A stretch of DNA of 64,000 nucleotides from Rhizophagus irregularis (taxonomy: Eukaryota), in contig NC_089431.1 in the NCBI RefSeq assembly GCF_026210795.1, positions 5,146,001-5,210,000 of the forward strand, read 5' to 3'. The position numbers and the translations under genes are program-made. Positions 27,328-42,025 of the stretch are shown one piece after another; positions within the stretch are counted from its first letter, which is position 1; every line of letters begins with the position of its first letter. Under the pieces are notes generated by a model. It was not told the DNA's origin. It made no database searches and saw only the letters and a list, made by a program, of their open reading frames with translations.

Positions 27328-28829
27328 ATGGTTGATAATAAACTTCTGCCAAAATTATCACAAAATTTACTTGAAATTTTAAACGATGAAGAATATTATG
27401 ATATCACAATTGAAGTTGGTAGTGACCCTTACGTAAAAGTATTTCGGGCTCATATGGCTATTTTAAATTATCGTTCCCCTTATTTACGAAGAGTTTTATC
27501 AACAAATAAAAAGAAAAATGATGGAACGTTGGCACACATTAAATTACCAAATATTTTACCTGAGGTTTTTCAAATAGTTTTAAGGTATTAATTATAATAT
27601 TAACATTTATATTATATTATATTTTATTTTATTATTAAACTTATTATCGCTTAATCAGGTATATCTATGGGGGAAAATTTTCTTTGAAAGAATTTGATAA
27701 TTCAATTATCATTAAAATTATGATTGCTGCCAATGAACTGAGTCTTCATGAATTAATACCTTATTTAGAATCTTTTTTGATTGAAAATAAAGCAAATTGG
27801 ATGGAACAAAATTTTAATTTGATATACCAAATAAGTTTTGAAGATAATTCTTTCTTAAAACTTCAAAAATTTTGCAATGATATAATTTCTAAAGAACCAA
27901 AAAAGATATTTAATTCACCAAATTTCTCTTCGATTCCAGAGAAACTTTTAATCACTCTTACTCAAAATGATAATCTTCAAATGAACGAAATTCAAGTTTG
28001 GGAGCATGTAATTAAATGGGGACTTGCACAAAATCCTGAACTTCCCTCTGATCCTACAAGCTTTTTAAAGGATGATTTCAATGCCTTAAGGAATACTTTA
28101 CAACAATGTATTCCTTGTATTAGATTTCATAATTTAGGTTCAAAAGAATTTTTGAAAAAAGTAAAACCTTATAAAAAAATCTTACCGAAGGAATTATATA
28201 ATGATTTGTTAGATTATTTTCTGGATAATGACAGTAAAAAACCAGTGCCTCGTATAATCGAAAAAAATAACAAAAATAAAGGATATTCAAAAAATATTGT
28301 TTCTAAAATAATTACGTTTCAACATCTTAAATTAATCTCAAAATGGATCGATAGATTGGAAATTACAGAAAAGTTTGCAACTTCATGTGAGTTCAAATTA
28401 TTATATCGTGATTCTCGTGATGGGTCTAGTAAATTGAATAATGGATATGACAAACTCCGAAAGATTTGTAAAAATCAATCTCGCACCATAGTAGTTATTA
28501 AAGCGAAGGATAGTAACAAAATTCTTGGAGGATATAATCCAATTGAATGGAAGTTTGATAACCACTACGGAAATACTAAAGATAGTTTTGTATTCTCCTT
28601 TAGTAATAATAGTATTGAGAACTACATTTTAAGTCATGTAAAGAACGAAGAGAAAGCTATATATAGTGGGACATACAGTGTTAGTCTAGCATTTGATTTT
28701 GACTTACAATTATACAGTGATTCTTCTGACCAATTTAGAGTTAATTGTGAAAAAAGTTCTTATGAAAAACATATCGGAGGAATCAATGATTTATATGTAG
28801 AAGAATTTGAAGTATTTCAAATTGTGTAA
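27328..28829 (+). CDS. BTB/POZ-BACK-TLDc protein; exons 27328-27584 and 27659-28829
   Basis: MVDNKLLPKLS start, conserved intron, intact reading frame, TLDc motifs. Confidence 0.9.
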
Positions 28830-31800
28830 GGTTTATATTGAACCCAAAAATTTATATTAATTTTTTTATTATTTGTAGCTGTAATTTGCTTTTATATAAT
28901 AGTGGTTTTAATTTCATTCATATTTTATTTTATTTGTATTGATACCTATGCATTATTAAATAAAACAATCTGGGTCGCGAAACAGTTTTTTTTTTAATCG
29001 TTATTCATTTTTTTTTGCAAAGAATTATTTACTGGTCAAAGTGGTACGGAAACCTTGGTGTAAATGATGGAACCTTGTCTAATTTGCATAACATTTCCAC
29101 AACATTTCCACAATAACATAACTACTGGAAGCATCATTGAATCTGGCATACACTATGAAAATTGGACATGTTTTCACCAAATTTTAATAGTATAAACTTC
29201 ATGTAAACCATATCTCTTCGACCTATGATTCAAATATTACAAAAGTTTGATTTTTTAATTGGTTTAATTGAATGAACTTTAGATAAATTAATAAGAAATA
29301 TAATGAGAATTTTTAATGGTTCGTTATTTAGGAGGATACAATGTTAAATAGTAATAGATTAATTTAAATGCTTTATTATTTTTGTTGTGAATAGTGATTT
29401 TCCCAATATATTTCTTCTGTTGTTATAATAAATTTAGATCGAAGTTTGCCCTAATTATAAACTAAAATCTTGAACTTGATTAGATAATCAGCAAAATTGA
29501 GATAAGAGAGTTTTGTTTGGCGTGAAATAAATGAACATTCAAGAAACATTTCTATAAAGTTAATATTGAAATGGAATGCATACGACTTATGTTGCATCCG
29601 TGAATGTCCAATGAAACCTGCAGAAGGACAAAAAATAAGAAACGTTAATACATTTATTAGAGTAATTTTCAAAGGTTTTATTATCTTTGATGTTCGGTAT
29701 TTATTTAATAGTAACACTTTTATTACGATTATCTAATTAAATATTGCACGATTTCAAACTTTCAATATAATGTTAAATAGATGAGATGTATAATTACGGA
29801 TAATTATATAATATCATAATACGGGAATATTTGAGAAATCAGAAATCTAAAATAAAATTAAAAAATTGTGATCTTTTCAATATTTCTATAAAATTTTTTA
29901 CCATAATACTAATTCGGGATAAGACTAGCAACAAATTTATGTTGATGAAAAATTTTTGTATTTTGTATCTAAAATCAATAAAATCAATACCGGTCTGTCT
30001 CCATTCAACACTCAAAGGCAAAGTTCAGTTTTCTCCATTGTTTTAAGCCTTACTAGCTCCAACAGAACTACAGAAGAAACCTTCTGACAAAATCCAGATA
30101 AAAAAAAAAAATCAATCATCAAATTGATCAGATCGAATAATCTGAATATCTAATAGGAATCTGAGGATATAAATGTTCAATCCAGTCAAAAAAATATTTT
30201 TAAGAAAAAGGATAAATACGTTAGTAACGTTTGTTGTTTATTAACACTCCTATAATAGTGTTCAGAAGGTTTCTACAAAAAAAACCAAAGAAATTTAAAG
30301 TTAGTTATGTTTATTAACGGTGAAAGAAGTAGAGTTCTAATCCACGGATAACGTACACGGACTTGAGCAAGGGTTTTTTTTTGAGATGTCCTCAGACTAT
30401 ATCCCAATGCATTATATGGTAAATTTCAAATATAAAAAAGAAAATTATTTTTTCAAAAAAATTTAATTATTAAATATTTATAGGGAATCCAGTAAACAAT
30501 TAGGTTGTTCTTAATAAATTAGAAAAATAAACACATTATGTCGTTTCAAAATCCAACAATACTATCAAAAGTAATTAAACGCAAACAGTTCTCGTTCGCA
30601 TCAAAACTGTTGCACGATATTTTACTAGCGACTTCATGTTTTACATGAATATATCTGTTCATTTAACAAATCACATCATTTATTAAGTTGAATTTATATG
30701 AATATTTGTTTTTATTTTTTAATGATAAGAAAACTATTTTAATAATATCATTATTAGAAAGCCGAGTAATTTATTTATTAAGAACTTAAGAAATCTTTAA
30801 CTCCCATCAAGAAGATTAAAAGTTTAGCTACTGGTCAAATTTTAAATTTGCTTATTATACGAAGGTTCATATTAGGAAATATTTTTAATTCTGGCCAGAA
30901 TTATAAATTTGACCAGAATTACTGCCGACCACGAAAAAATTCATCAAAAATGAATTGGGTGGTCCAATATTTTTGCAATTAGCACTAAGAACGTTCACTA
31001 ATTTGTTTACTTTAACGAAAAAAATTGTTTCTTGTTTATTTTACAACAAACAAAAAAATTTTTTTGTTCTTATTAAAGGCAAACAATTTATTTATATAAC
31101 CATTTACCCATTTTGTTACATTGTTTAATAATTCACCATTCATATTTTAACAAATTGGTTGTTAATTTACCAAAAAAAAGGTAGTTATTTTGATCGGTCC
31201 TTTTTTAGATAGATGATTGATAAATGAGTCCTATCTCACATGATCTTTCCGAAAAGGGAGTGTACTTTTTCAGTTAATACATAGCTATGGGTAACTAGTC
31301 CTAATGTGGTATGTTGTTATGCTGGAATATTTGGGTAGAATTAGTATTGACCAGATAATTCTGGTAAAATTTTCCGAACATAGTTTCTTGTCATCGGCCT
31401 TCCTAATCAGTCCAGTTCTAGGACTGCGATCCAGTCAGTCCAGACTAGAAATATCTTAATTATGCAAATTTGATTGCGCAGCTGATGCAGACGGATGCAA
31501 TTTCCCCAGTATCACCACAGCAAAATGTCACGTTCACATGATTTTGATGCCAAATACTGCGTTATTTTTTCTTTCATGTAAAAATTGTAATATCATTTAT
31601 CAAAATTTCAATATTCAGTATATTTGTAATGTTACCGTAAGTCCATAATATGTTTAAATAATTCTTAGGAATAAATAACAATAATATTAGACCAATAAAA
31701 AGAACAGCCACTTTAATATATTAAAAAAAACATTAAAGTTCTTATTATATTGTATTTTAAAAATAATAACCCATAAAATATGACCGATAATTATTATGAA

Positions 31801-31901
31801 TTTTTAAATAAACGACAGTATTTAGATGGTGGAAATCTTACGTTTTTAGAAATGATAATCATCAAATCACGTGAATGTGGCAGTGAAGCTGGTGATACTG
31901 C

Positions 31902-32598
31902 CTAGGGGATAGGTAAATATACGGGGGGCCAACTCAAGGTTACACAGGCCATGGTCATAAGACCAGAACTGAAGCCTATAGTAATTTTATAAGTAACTAT
32001 ATTAAAATTCAAAAATACCCCATGTTTAAAGCGAGAAATGGGCCGATAATCAATATGATCTATGAAAAAAAAATTAGCCCCCGAAAATGACAAAATCCGA
32101 AACTACACAAATATATAATTTTTGTCAAGGTTTCGCTTCTATATATTTCAAAAAACTTGATCGGCTATTTTAAATACCTCAAAAATATATAAAAGTTTAT
32201 TAAATACTTGAAAATAATGCACAACGAAAGAAGAAAACACTATTTTTAAATGTTTTAAGCAAAAAAAAAATTATTTTTTTATTGAAATCTCAAAAAAAAA
32301 AGTTTGTAATTTCTAACTTCCTATTGTCATGTAATAAAACATATAAAAATACGAAAGAAATTAACCAGTGGTCCAATTTGGATGAAAAAACTTCGTCTAT
32401 ATAAAGCTAATATGAACAAACTTAACTTCTGAGATCGGCTACTTTCTTATGTGTGCGTGCCGAAAAAAATAAAAAAAAGCGAAATTTTAATATGAAATTT
32501 CGTTTGTGTAACCAATTTATGAAGGCTTCAGTTCAATCGGTAATTGATCAGCCTGTGTAACCTTGAGTTGACCCCCCGTATATTTACCTATCCCCTAG
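31902..32598. mobile_element. Non-autonomous TIR element (~700 bp) in a BTB promoter
   Basis: ~48-bp near-perfect TIRs (ctaggggataggtaaatatacggggggccaactcaaggttacacaggc and its reverse complement). Flanking direct repeat atactgc at 31895-31901 and 32599-32605. Absent from the paralogous promoter at ~35350-35390. Confidence 0.9.
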
Positions 32599-32714
32599 AT
32601 ACTGCAGATGCACACAAAGTCACGTGTAATTTCGTCATCAATTAAATAAGGTTTAAATTAAGACTTTTTTGTATTTTCTTCTCTCAAATTCTTTTTTTAT
32701 TTTGCAAAATTGCA

Positions 32715-34206
32715 ATGGTTGATAACAAACTTTTGCCAAAATTATCACAAAATTTACTTGAAATTTTAAACGATGAAGAATATTATGATATCACAATTGA
32801 AGTTGGTAGTGACCCTTACGTAAAAGTATTTCGGGCTCATATGATTATTTTAAATTATCGTTCACCTTACTTGAGAAGAATTTTGTCAACTAATAAAAAG
32901 AAAAATGACGGAGGTTTAACACATATTAAATTATCAAATATTATACCAGAGATTTTTCAAATAGTTTTAAGGTAAAAAAGAGTTAATTATAATATTAGAA
33001 TCTTAATATTTTATTTTATTTTATTATTAACTTATTGTCGTTTATTTAGGTATATATATGGGGGAAAAATTTCTTTGGAAGAATTTGATAATTCAGATAT
33101 TGTTAAAGTTGATTGCTGCTAATGAATTGAGTCTTCATGAATTAATACCTTATTTAGAATCTTTTTTAATTGAAAACAAAGCAAATTGGATGGAACAAAA
33201 TTTCGAATTGATATATCAAACAAGTTTTGAAAATAATTCTTTCTTAAAACTTCAAAAATTTTGCAATGATTTAATTTCTAAAGAACCAAGCAAAATATTC
33301 AATTCCCCAAATTTCTCTTCAATTCCAGAAAAACTTTTAATCACGCTTATTCAAATTGATAATCTTCAAATGGACGAAATTCAAGTTTGGGAACATGTAA
33401 TTAAATGGGGGTTTACACAAAATCCTGGACTTCCCTCTGATCCTACAAGCTTTTCAAAGAATGATTTCAATATTTTGAGGAATAGCTTACAACAATGTGT
33501 TCCCTATATTAGATTCCACAATTTAACTTCAAAAGAATTTTTGAAAAAAGTAAAACCTTATAAAAAAATCTTACCAAAGGAATTGTACAATGATTTGTTA
33601 GAATATTTTTTGGATAACGACAGCAAAAAATCAGTACCTCGTATAATCGAAGAAAATAAAGAAATTCGTTCAAATATTGATTCTAAAATAATTACATTTC
33701 AGCATGTTGAATTAATTTCAAAATGGATTGATAGATTAGAAATTACAGACAAGTTGACAAATTCATATGAATTCAAATTATTATATCGTGATTCTCGTGA
33801 TGGATCCGGTCTTATTAATAGTAGACTTGAAACATTCCGAGAGATTTGCGTAAATCAATCTCGCACCATAACAGTTATTAAAATTATAGATAGTAACGAA
33901 ATCTTTGGAGGATATAATCCGATTGAATGGAAATTTGACGATAGTTATGGCGCCACTAAAGATAGTTTTATATTCTCCTTTAGTAATAATAGTATCGATA
34001 ATTACATTTTAAGTCGTGTAAAGGATGAAAAGAAAGCTATATATAATGGAAAATACCTTAATGGCCCAACATTTAATAGTGATTTGGTATTATATAATGA
34101 TCGTGATGGGTTAAGAATTAATTGCAATCAATGCTATTATGAAAAACATATCGGAAAAATCAATAAATTATATGTAGAAGAATTTGAAGTATTTCAAATT
34201 ATATAA
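32715..34206 (+). pseudogene. BTB-BACK-TLDc gene with a 2-bp deletion early in exon 2
   Basis: After splicing 32971/33050 the frame reads ...DIVKVDCC* (stop 33120-33122). The paralog has aaa att atg att gct where this copy has aaa gtt gat tgc. Otherwise intact, so an assembly error is possible. Confidence 0.7.
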
Positions 34207-35466
34207 GATTGATATTAAACCCCAAGATTTGTATTATTTCATTTTATTCGTAACGATAATAGGGTTTTATTTTATCTATATTTCATTTTATTTGTATTGA
34301 TTCCTATAGATTATTAAATAAAAAAATCTGGTTGCCAAACAGTTTTTTAAAAAAGAATAAATAATAAATCGTTATATTTGCAAAGAATTGGTCAAATATT
34401 ACAAAGGCTAACTAAATAATATTAATTGAATGAACCCTTAAATAAATTAATAAAAAAAAAACAACATGAACTTTTAGGGGATATAATGTTAAATACTAAT
34501 AAATTAACTTAAATGTTTATTTATCGTGAATCACGATATTGTGCACTAACCGTTTAATGCAAAATTTTACCTTATTATTACTATTATTTATATTATAACT
34601 TTCTGAAAATTTATAATTATGGTCAGAGTTCCTAATATGGAAATTGGCGTAATATATCATTATTCATAATTTCACTTGATGCCGGATAAAAGTTCAGCTA
34701 CTGGTCAAATTTTAAATTTGCTTAATATATATTATACGAAGTTTTATATTAGGAAATATTTTAATTCGGGCCAGAATTGTAAATTTGGCCAACTTTTGGC
34801 CAGTATTACTGACGATTGATTATGACCACGAAAAAATTCGTCAAAAATGAATTGGGTGGTCGTTTACTTTAACGAAAAAAATTGTTTTTGTTCTTATTAA
34901 AGGCAAACAAAAAAAATTATTTATTTACTATATAGCCATTTTTTGTTACAATTGTTGACAAATCAGTTAATAATTTACCGATCATAAATTTAGCAAATTA
35001 GTCAATAAATTGTTGACCAATCAGTCCAGTCCTAGGACTGCGGCCAGTCGGACCTTTAACATTCCTACTAATCATAACTAGAAATATCTTAATTTTGCAA
35101 ATTTTATTATATACAAAAAAAGATCCATTTCCTTACCGAAAAGTTGATGGCGCGGCAGATGCAATTTCCCCAGTATCACCGCAGAAAAATGTCGCGCTCA
35201 CACAATCATTTCTAAGTTAATATAAACACTGCGTCATTTTTTCTTTCATGTAAATTGCAACATCGTTTATCAAAAATTCAAGATTCAGGATATTACAAAT
35301 GTGATAATTATAAATTTATATTAAACGATATGACAAACCATCGGCATCGAATCACGTGAGTGTAACAAGACGCACATGAAGTCACGTGCAATTCTACATC
35401 ATCTATTAAATAAGGTTTAAAACTAAGATTTTTTTGGATTCTTTTATTCTTTTCTCTCACATTGCA

Positions 35467-36959
35467 ATGATTGACAATAAACTTTTGCCAAAATTATCAC
35501 AAAATTTACTTGAAATATTAAACGATGAAGAATATTATGATATTACAATTGAAGTTGGTAGTGACCCTTACGTAAAAGTATTTCGTGCTCATATGATTAT
35601 TTTAAATTATCGTTCACCTTATTTGAGAAGAATTTTGTCAACTAATAAAAAGAAAAATGACGGAGTTTTAACACATATTAAATTGCCAAATATTTTACCA
35701 GAGATTTTTCAAATAGTTTTAAGGTAAAAAAGAATTATTATAATATTAATCTTAATATTTTTATTTTATTTTATTATTTAACTTATTGTCATTTAATTAG
35801 GTATATCTATGGGGGGAAAATTTCTTTTGAAGAATTTGATAATTCAGATATTGTTAAAATTATGATTGCTGCTAATGAATTGAGTCTTCATGAATTAATA
35901 CCTTATTTAGAATCTTTTTTAATTGAAAATAAAGCAAATTGGGTGGAAGAAAATTTTGATTTGATATATGAAACAAGTTTTGAAAATAATTCTTTCTCGA
36001 AACTTCAAAAATACTGCAAAGATTTAGTTTCTAAAGAACCAAGCAAAATATTCAATTCCCCAAATTTCTCTTCAATTCCAGAAAATCTTTTAATCACGCT
36101 TGTCCAAAATAATAATCTTCAAATGAACGAAATTCAAGTTTGGGAACATGTAATTAAATGGGGGCTTGCACAAAATCCTGAACTTCCCTCTGATCCTATA
36201 AGCTTTTCAAAGAATGATTTCAATATTTTAAGGAATACTTTACAACAATGTATTTCATATATTAGATTCCATAATTTAGGTTCAAGAGAATTTTTGAAAG
36301 AAGTAAAACCTTATAAAAAAATCTTACCAAAGAAATTATATAATGATTTGTTAGATTATTTTTTGGATAATGACAGTAAAAAACCAGTACCTCGTATAAT
36401 CGAAGAAAATAAAGGAATACATTCAAAATATATTGGTTCTAAAATAATTACATTTCAGCATGCTGAATTAATTTCAAAATGGATTGATAAATTAGAAACT
36501 AAAGACAAATTAACAACCTTATACGAGTTTAAGTTGCTATATCACGATTATCATGGTGAGCTGAACCATAGCTTTAATAAATTCCGAGAGATTTGCTTAA
36601 ATAAAGCTCGCACCATAACAGTTATCAAAGCGAAGGATAGTAACAAAATTCTTGGAGGATATAATCCGATTGAATGGAAGTTTGATAATAACTTTGGAAT
36701 TACTAAAGATAGTTTTATATTCTCCTTTAGTAATAATAGTATCGAGAACTACATTTTAAGTCATGTAAAGAATGAAAAGAAAGCTATATATAGTGGGACA
36801 TTGTACAATCTTATTCTAGCATTTGATATTGACTTGAGATTATACAGCGATGCTTTTAGCCAATTAAGATTTAGTTGTGAAAAAAGTTCTTATGAAAAAC
36901 ATATCGGAGAAATCAACCAATTATGTATAGAAAAATTTGAAGTATTTCAAATTGTGTAA
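35467..36959 (+). CDS. BTB/POZ-BACK-TLDc protein; exons 35467-35723 and 35801-36959
   Basis: Intact frame across the conserved intron; TLDc motifs. Confidence 0.9.
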
Positions 36960-39009
36960 GATTTATATTGAACCCAAAGATTTGTATTAATTTTCATATT
37001 ATCCATATTTTATTTTATTTGTATTGATTCCTATAGATTATTAAATAAAAAAATCTGGGCCGCCAAACAGTCTTTTTTAGAAAAAAAATTATAAACAAAT
37101 AAAATAATCGTTATTTGCATTTATTTGCAAAGAATTATTCAATTATTGCAATAGCCGACGTTAATTTTTTTAAATTGGTTTAATTGAATGATCTTTAATT
37201 TACTAATATTAGTTATCATTATATCTGACGTCTAATACGCTCAATTATTAAAAAAATTCTAATCAGTTTAAATGCTTCTCATTTTTATTTTATTATGAAT
37301 GATTTTACCAAGATATTCTTCTATTATTATCATAACAAGTAATATAATGAAAAATTTAACTTTGAAAATTTACTTAAATATAAAGGGACCGAGGTTGAAC
37401 CTAATTATAAACTAAATTCTTGATTTTGACAAATTTAAAACCTTTTTCAAATATAAAAAAGAGAGAAATTATTTTTCCAAAAAATTTAAATTATTAATAT
37501 CATTAAAATACTAATACAATTTTTTATTACGCAGCATTTTTGAGATAACCTGTTTTAACTTGAAATCACGGACAAACATGGTATCATGATCTAACTTGTT
37601 TGATAACCCGATCTGAACGGATAATTTAACAATTAATTAAATATTTTTTTATTTTTTTTTTTAAAAAAAATATTAATTGATTCAATGGCCATTATTGAAT
37701 TTTTTTAAAAAAATAATTTATTCATTGAGATTTATTAGAATATTCACTTCCAGTTGTACTTTGTAAAGCTGTTACGTTCTTCTATGTTAAATAAAAATAA
37801 ATTAAAAAATCAAAAATTAAATCTTCTTGGTGAACGTTAATAATTAAATTATTATTATGCTTTTTAATAATGAAAATAATTTTATTATAATTAAAAATAA
37901 AAAACAAATATTCATATAAATTCAACTTAATAAATGATGTGATTTGTTAAATGAACAGACATATTCATATGAAATATGAAGTCGCTAGTAAAATATCATA
38001 CGATAGTTTTGATGTGAATGAAAAAATTAATTATAATTTAATCCATCTCATGGTTATAGTAATCAGATAATTCTCAAAACTGATTGCGTTTTATTACTTT
38101 TGATAGTACTGTTTGATTTGAAACGTATTTATTTTTCTAATTTATTAAGAGCAACTTAATTTTTTGCTGTCATCCTATTCCAATTTACAATAGTAAGCTT
38201 CAGTTTGTGAATGGAATTTTTTTTTTGATCTGAAGTTTAACTAATATCTGGTGTCTTCTAGAACTTATTAACGAAAAAAAATTATAAATTGATGACAATA
38301 AAGATCATACTGTAATAAAACTTTAGAATTTATTAAGTAAAAATTATCAATAAACAAGATTCGAGTAGCTAATAAATTTAGCATACTTTTTGTGATTCTT
38401 GTTGAATCACCAAGAGCTCGTCATTCTTTAATTGCTTATTCAATAAAACTTATTAGAAATGAATAATGTACAATTTTTTACAAATGTTCATTGAAAGTAC
38501 GTGCACCGAAATTACATAACTATAAATTACTTTTGATTTATTTTACTACTAATATATATTCAAGTGAATATCATTTTTTTGATAAAATATAAATAACTAC
38601 ACTGTTTATAATTCTTTTTTAATGTTATATATACTTTCAGAACCCGTTTTTAAGTCCGGAGCACACGTGTGACTAATGAGTGAACCTTGCATTGACTTTT
38701 TACGAGCCACTTTTATGAAACCTTTGCGTAGAATTAATAGTCCTTCGTTGAGTTCGTTACACTCAAAACTGAACATTTTAATAGCCAAAGCCCAAAGGTA
38801 TAAACAAATCAGTATTTTCATATAGTCACAATCATAGCCATTTTTATATGATAATTCCGATATTGTGACAAAGAGGAAATTGAGTTTTCGCTTTTTGGCA
38901 ATCCATTAAAAAAGACTATCATCACAATTCTAACTTAAGTTGTTAAATAAAGTTTGATGTACAGGAAGAAGTGAAGGATTTTCGAGAACTTCAGTCACGA
39001 GGTTGACAC

Positions 39010-39368
39010 TAGAGCTGCAACCCGTCAGAATTTCTAGATCCGGATCATACCAAATCAAAACATAATGGGTATTACCCGTTATACAAATTTACCTTTTATG
39101 ATATGATTCAAGTAATATCCAGGTATTGACCGGGTAAATATCAATTCTTTTTCTCAATAAATATACAAATCAAGATATTTATTATATTATCTAAACTTTG
39201 GAAAATAAAAAAAATTATCAAATAAGAGTTGTTGTTAATTCTGGCCGGCATTAAAATTCTGGCCAGAGTTAACATCTTAACTCAGTGATTACCCAGGTTA
39301 TATGTGCAACACAACGGATACAAAACGGGTATTACCCATTTTTACCCGGGTAACGGGTCGCAGCTATA
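39010..39368. mobile_element. Degenerate hAT-like MITE in a BTB promoter
   Basis: TIRs tagagctgcaacccgt / acgggtcgcagctata (two mismatches) and internal gggtattacccg subterminal motifs. The TAGAGCT start matches the element at 51709. TSD not recognisable. Confidence 0.6.
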
Positions 39369-39499
39369 ATTAACGGATCAGCAGATGAACGTGAAGCCAC
39401 ATGTAATTGTATATTTTCACGTGCCTATTAAACAAAGTTTAAAAATAGATATTTTCGAATTGTTTTCTTTCATTTTCTCAATTTTATTTAAAAATTATA

Positions 39500-40974
39500 A
39501 TGGTTGATAATAAACTTTTGCCAAAATTATCTCAAAATTTACTCGAAACTTTAGATGATGAAGAATATTATGATATTATAATTGAGGTTGGCAAAGACCC
39601 TGACGTAAAAATATTTCGTGCTCATAAAATCATTTTAAATTATCGTTCACTATATTTGCGAAGAGTTTTATCAACCAATAAGAAGAAGAATGACGAAATT
39701 TTGACACATATAAGTTTACCAAATATTTCACCAGAAATTTTTCAAATAATATTAAGGTAATAAAAATATTAATTTAAAAAATTCAATGTGTTTTTTAATA
39801 AATAATTTCTAATATATCATCATTTTTACTTACTAGATATATCTATGGAGGAATAATTCCATTGGAAGAATATGATATCTTAAATATTGTTAAAATTTTG
39901 ATTACTGTTAATGAGCTTAATCTTCAAGAATTAATACCTTATTTAGAAACCTTCTTGCTTGAAAATAAAGAAAATTGGGTGGAACAACATTTTGATTTAA
40001 TATATCAAATGAGTTGTGAAAATGATTCTTTCTTAGAAATTCGGAAATATTGTATTGATTTGATTTCCAAAGAGCCAAATAAAATATTTAATTCACCAAA
40101 TTTTTCTTCAATTCAAGAAGAATTATTAATTGCGACTATTCAAAATAATAATCTTCGAATTAGCGAAATTCAAATTTGGGAACATGTGATAAAATGGGGA
40201 CTTGCACAAAATTCGGAACTTCCTCCTGATTATACAAGCTTTGCAAAAGATGATTTTAATACCTTAAAAAATACCTTACAAAAATGTATCCCTTATATTA
40301 AATTTCAAAATTTAACTTCAAAAGAATTTTTACATAATGTATTTCCTTATAGAGAAATTCTTCCCAAGGAATTATACATAGATTTATTAAAAACCTTTTT
40401 GAATAGTGATTATAGGCCGCCTAAAAATTTTAAAGTCGATTCAGTGATTATTTCAAATCAACATGTTGAATTAATCTCAAAATGGATTAATAAATTAAAA
40501 ATTACAGACAAGTTAACAACTTCATATGAATTCAAATTATTATATCGCGAATCTCGTGATGAGTCTGCTGGTGAACAGAATGATGGCTTTGATAAATTCC
40601 GAGAGATTTGCAGTAATCTATCTCGAACCATAACAGTTATTAAAGTGAAAAACAGTAATGAAATTCTTGGAGGTTATAATCCGATAGAATGGAAATTTGA
40701 TGGTAAATATGGCATTACTAAAGATAGTTTTATATTCTCCTTTAAAGATAATAATATCGAAAATTATGTTTTAAGTCATGTAAAGAATGAAAAGAAAGCT
40801 ATATATAATGGAACATATAATCTTTTCGGCCCATCATTTGATATTGACTTGTATTTATATAGAGATATGTCTGATAAATTAAGAATTGGTTGTGAAAAAA
40901 ATTCCTATGAAAAAGATTTCAAAGAGTTCGATCTTTCCTATATAGAAGAATTTGAAGTATTTCAAATTGTGTAA
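39500..40974 (+). CDS. BTB/POZ-BACK-TLDc protein; exons 39500-39756 and 39837-40974
   Basis: Conserved intron, YIYGGIIPLEEY, TLDc motifs. Confidence 0.9.
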
Positions 40975-41244
40975 TATTGACGTTGATTTGTAATATTTTT
41001 AATATTTTTTCTATAAAATAGTGATTTATTTTTATTCATATTTTATATATATTATTTCCTTTATATTGTTAAATAAAATTCTGTGTCATCAAACAATCTT
41101 TTTAAGAAAAAACATAATTGATTTGTGATGGAAATATGATTAATAAATTCTTCAATACAGAAAAAAATAAAATAAACTTCAAAGAATTCGTACTTATGAA
41201 TCTTTGGAGTTTCTGTACTTTGAAAGCCCACCCGAAAGCTGAAC

Positions 41245-41413
41245 CTATAAAAAAAAAAGTAAAAAAAGTGAAAGGGGGAAGGGGAAGGAAGGAAAAGGGA
41301 AGGAAGGAAAAGGAGAATGAAGGAAGAGAAAGGGAAGAAGGGGAAACAGGGAAGGGGAACGAAGGAAAGGAAAGGGGAGGGGAAGAAAAAAATTAAAAAA
41401 AGTTTAAAAAAGG
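41245..41413. repeat. Purine-rich low-complexity tract
   Basis: Almost pure G/A run ending aaaaaaagtttaaaaaagg. Confidence 0.7.
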
Positions 41414-42025
41414 ATGTATAAGATGATCCTTTTTTAAACTTTTAATATGTGTAATGCATAATGCATAACATTTGATTAAATAATTCAATAAATCGACCAT
41501 AAATCATATATGTTGAAATTTGGCCTATTTTAATAATTTCCAAAATTTGGCCGAAATGTGTGACAGATCAGCCGATTTGTCATATGACTGAAAGTTTTTA
41601 TTTTGACCAGTAATAATAGTAACAACTACTATATTTTTGAAAAATGCAACAATTTACAAGGATGGTAATAAAATTTTTTATATATTAAATAAAATCTTTA
41701 TAAATTGATATTTCTCAATTGAAAACTAATTAAGGTATAAATAAAATAATTAATGAATAATATTGGTTTTTTTATGATTTAATGTAGGTTCAAATAGTGA
41801 GTTAAATAATAGTACAGAAAACAGTTTAAACAAAAATCATAATTTAAAGGTAATTAACAACTAAATTTTGGTTGGCATTACCAATATTATCAGGTGGCAT
41901 GATATAATTTTTTTCATATAAACATTATTTTCCAAAACTTTTTTTTATAAAATTACCTGTTTAATGTTTACTTTTAAGTGTATTATTATTTTATTTTTAT
42001 ATTTATTTATTTATTTATTTTAAAA

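Noticed and set aside
41118..41396. K/E/G-rich 92-aa ORF
   Set aside because: Arises from a purine-rich tract, with a non-ATG start and no domain.
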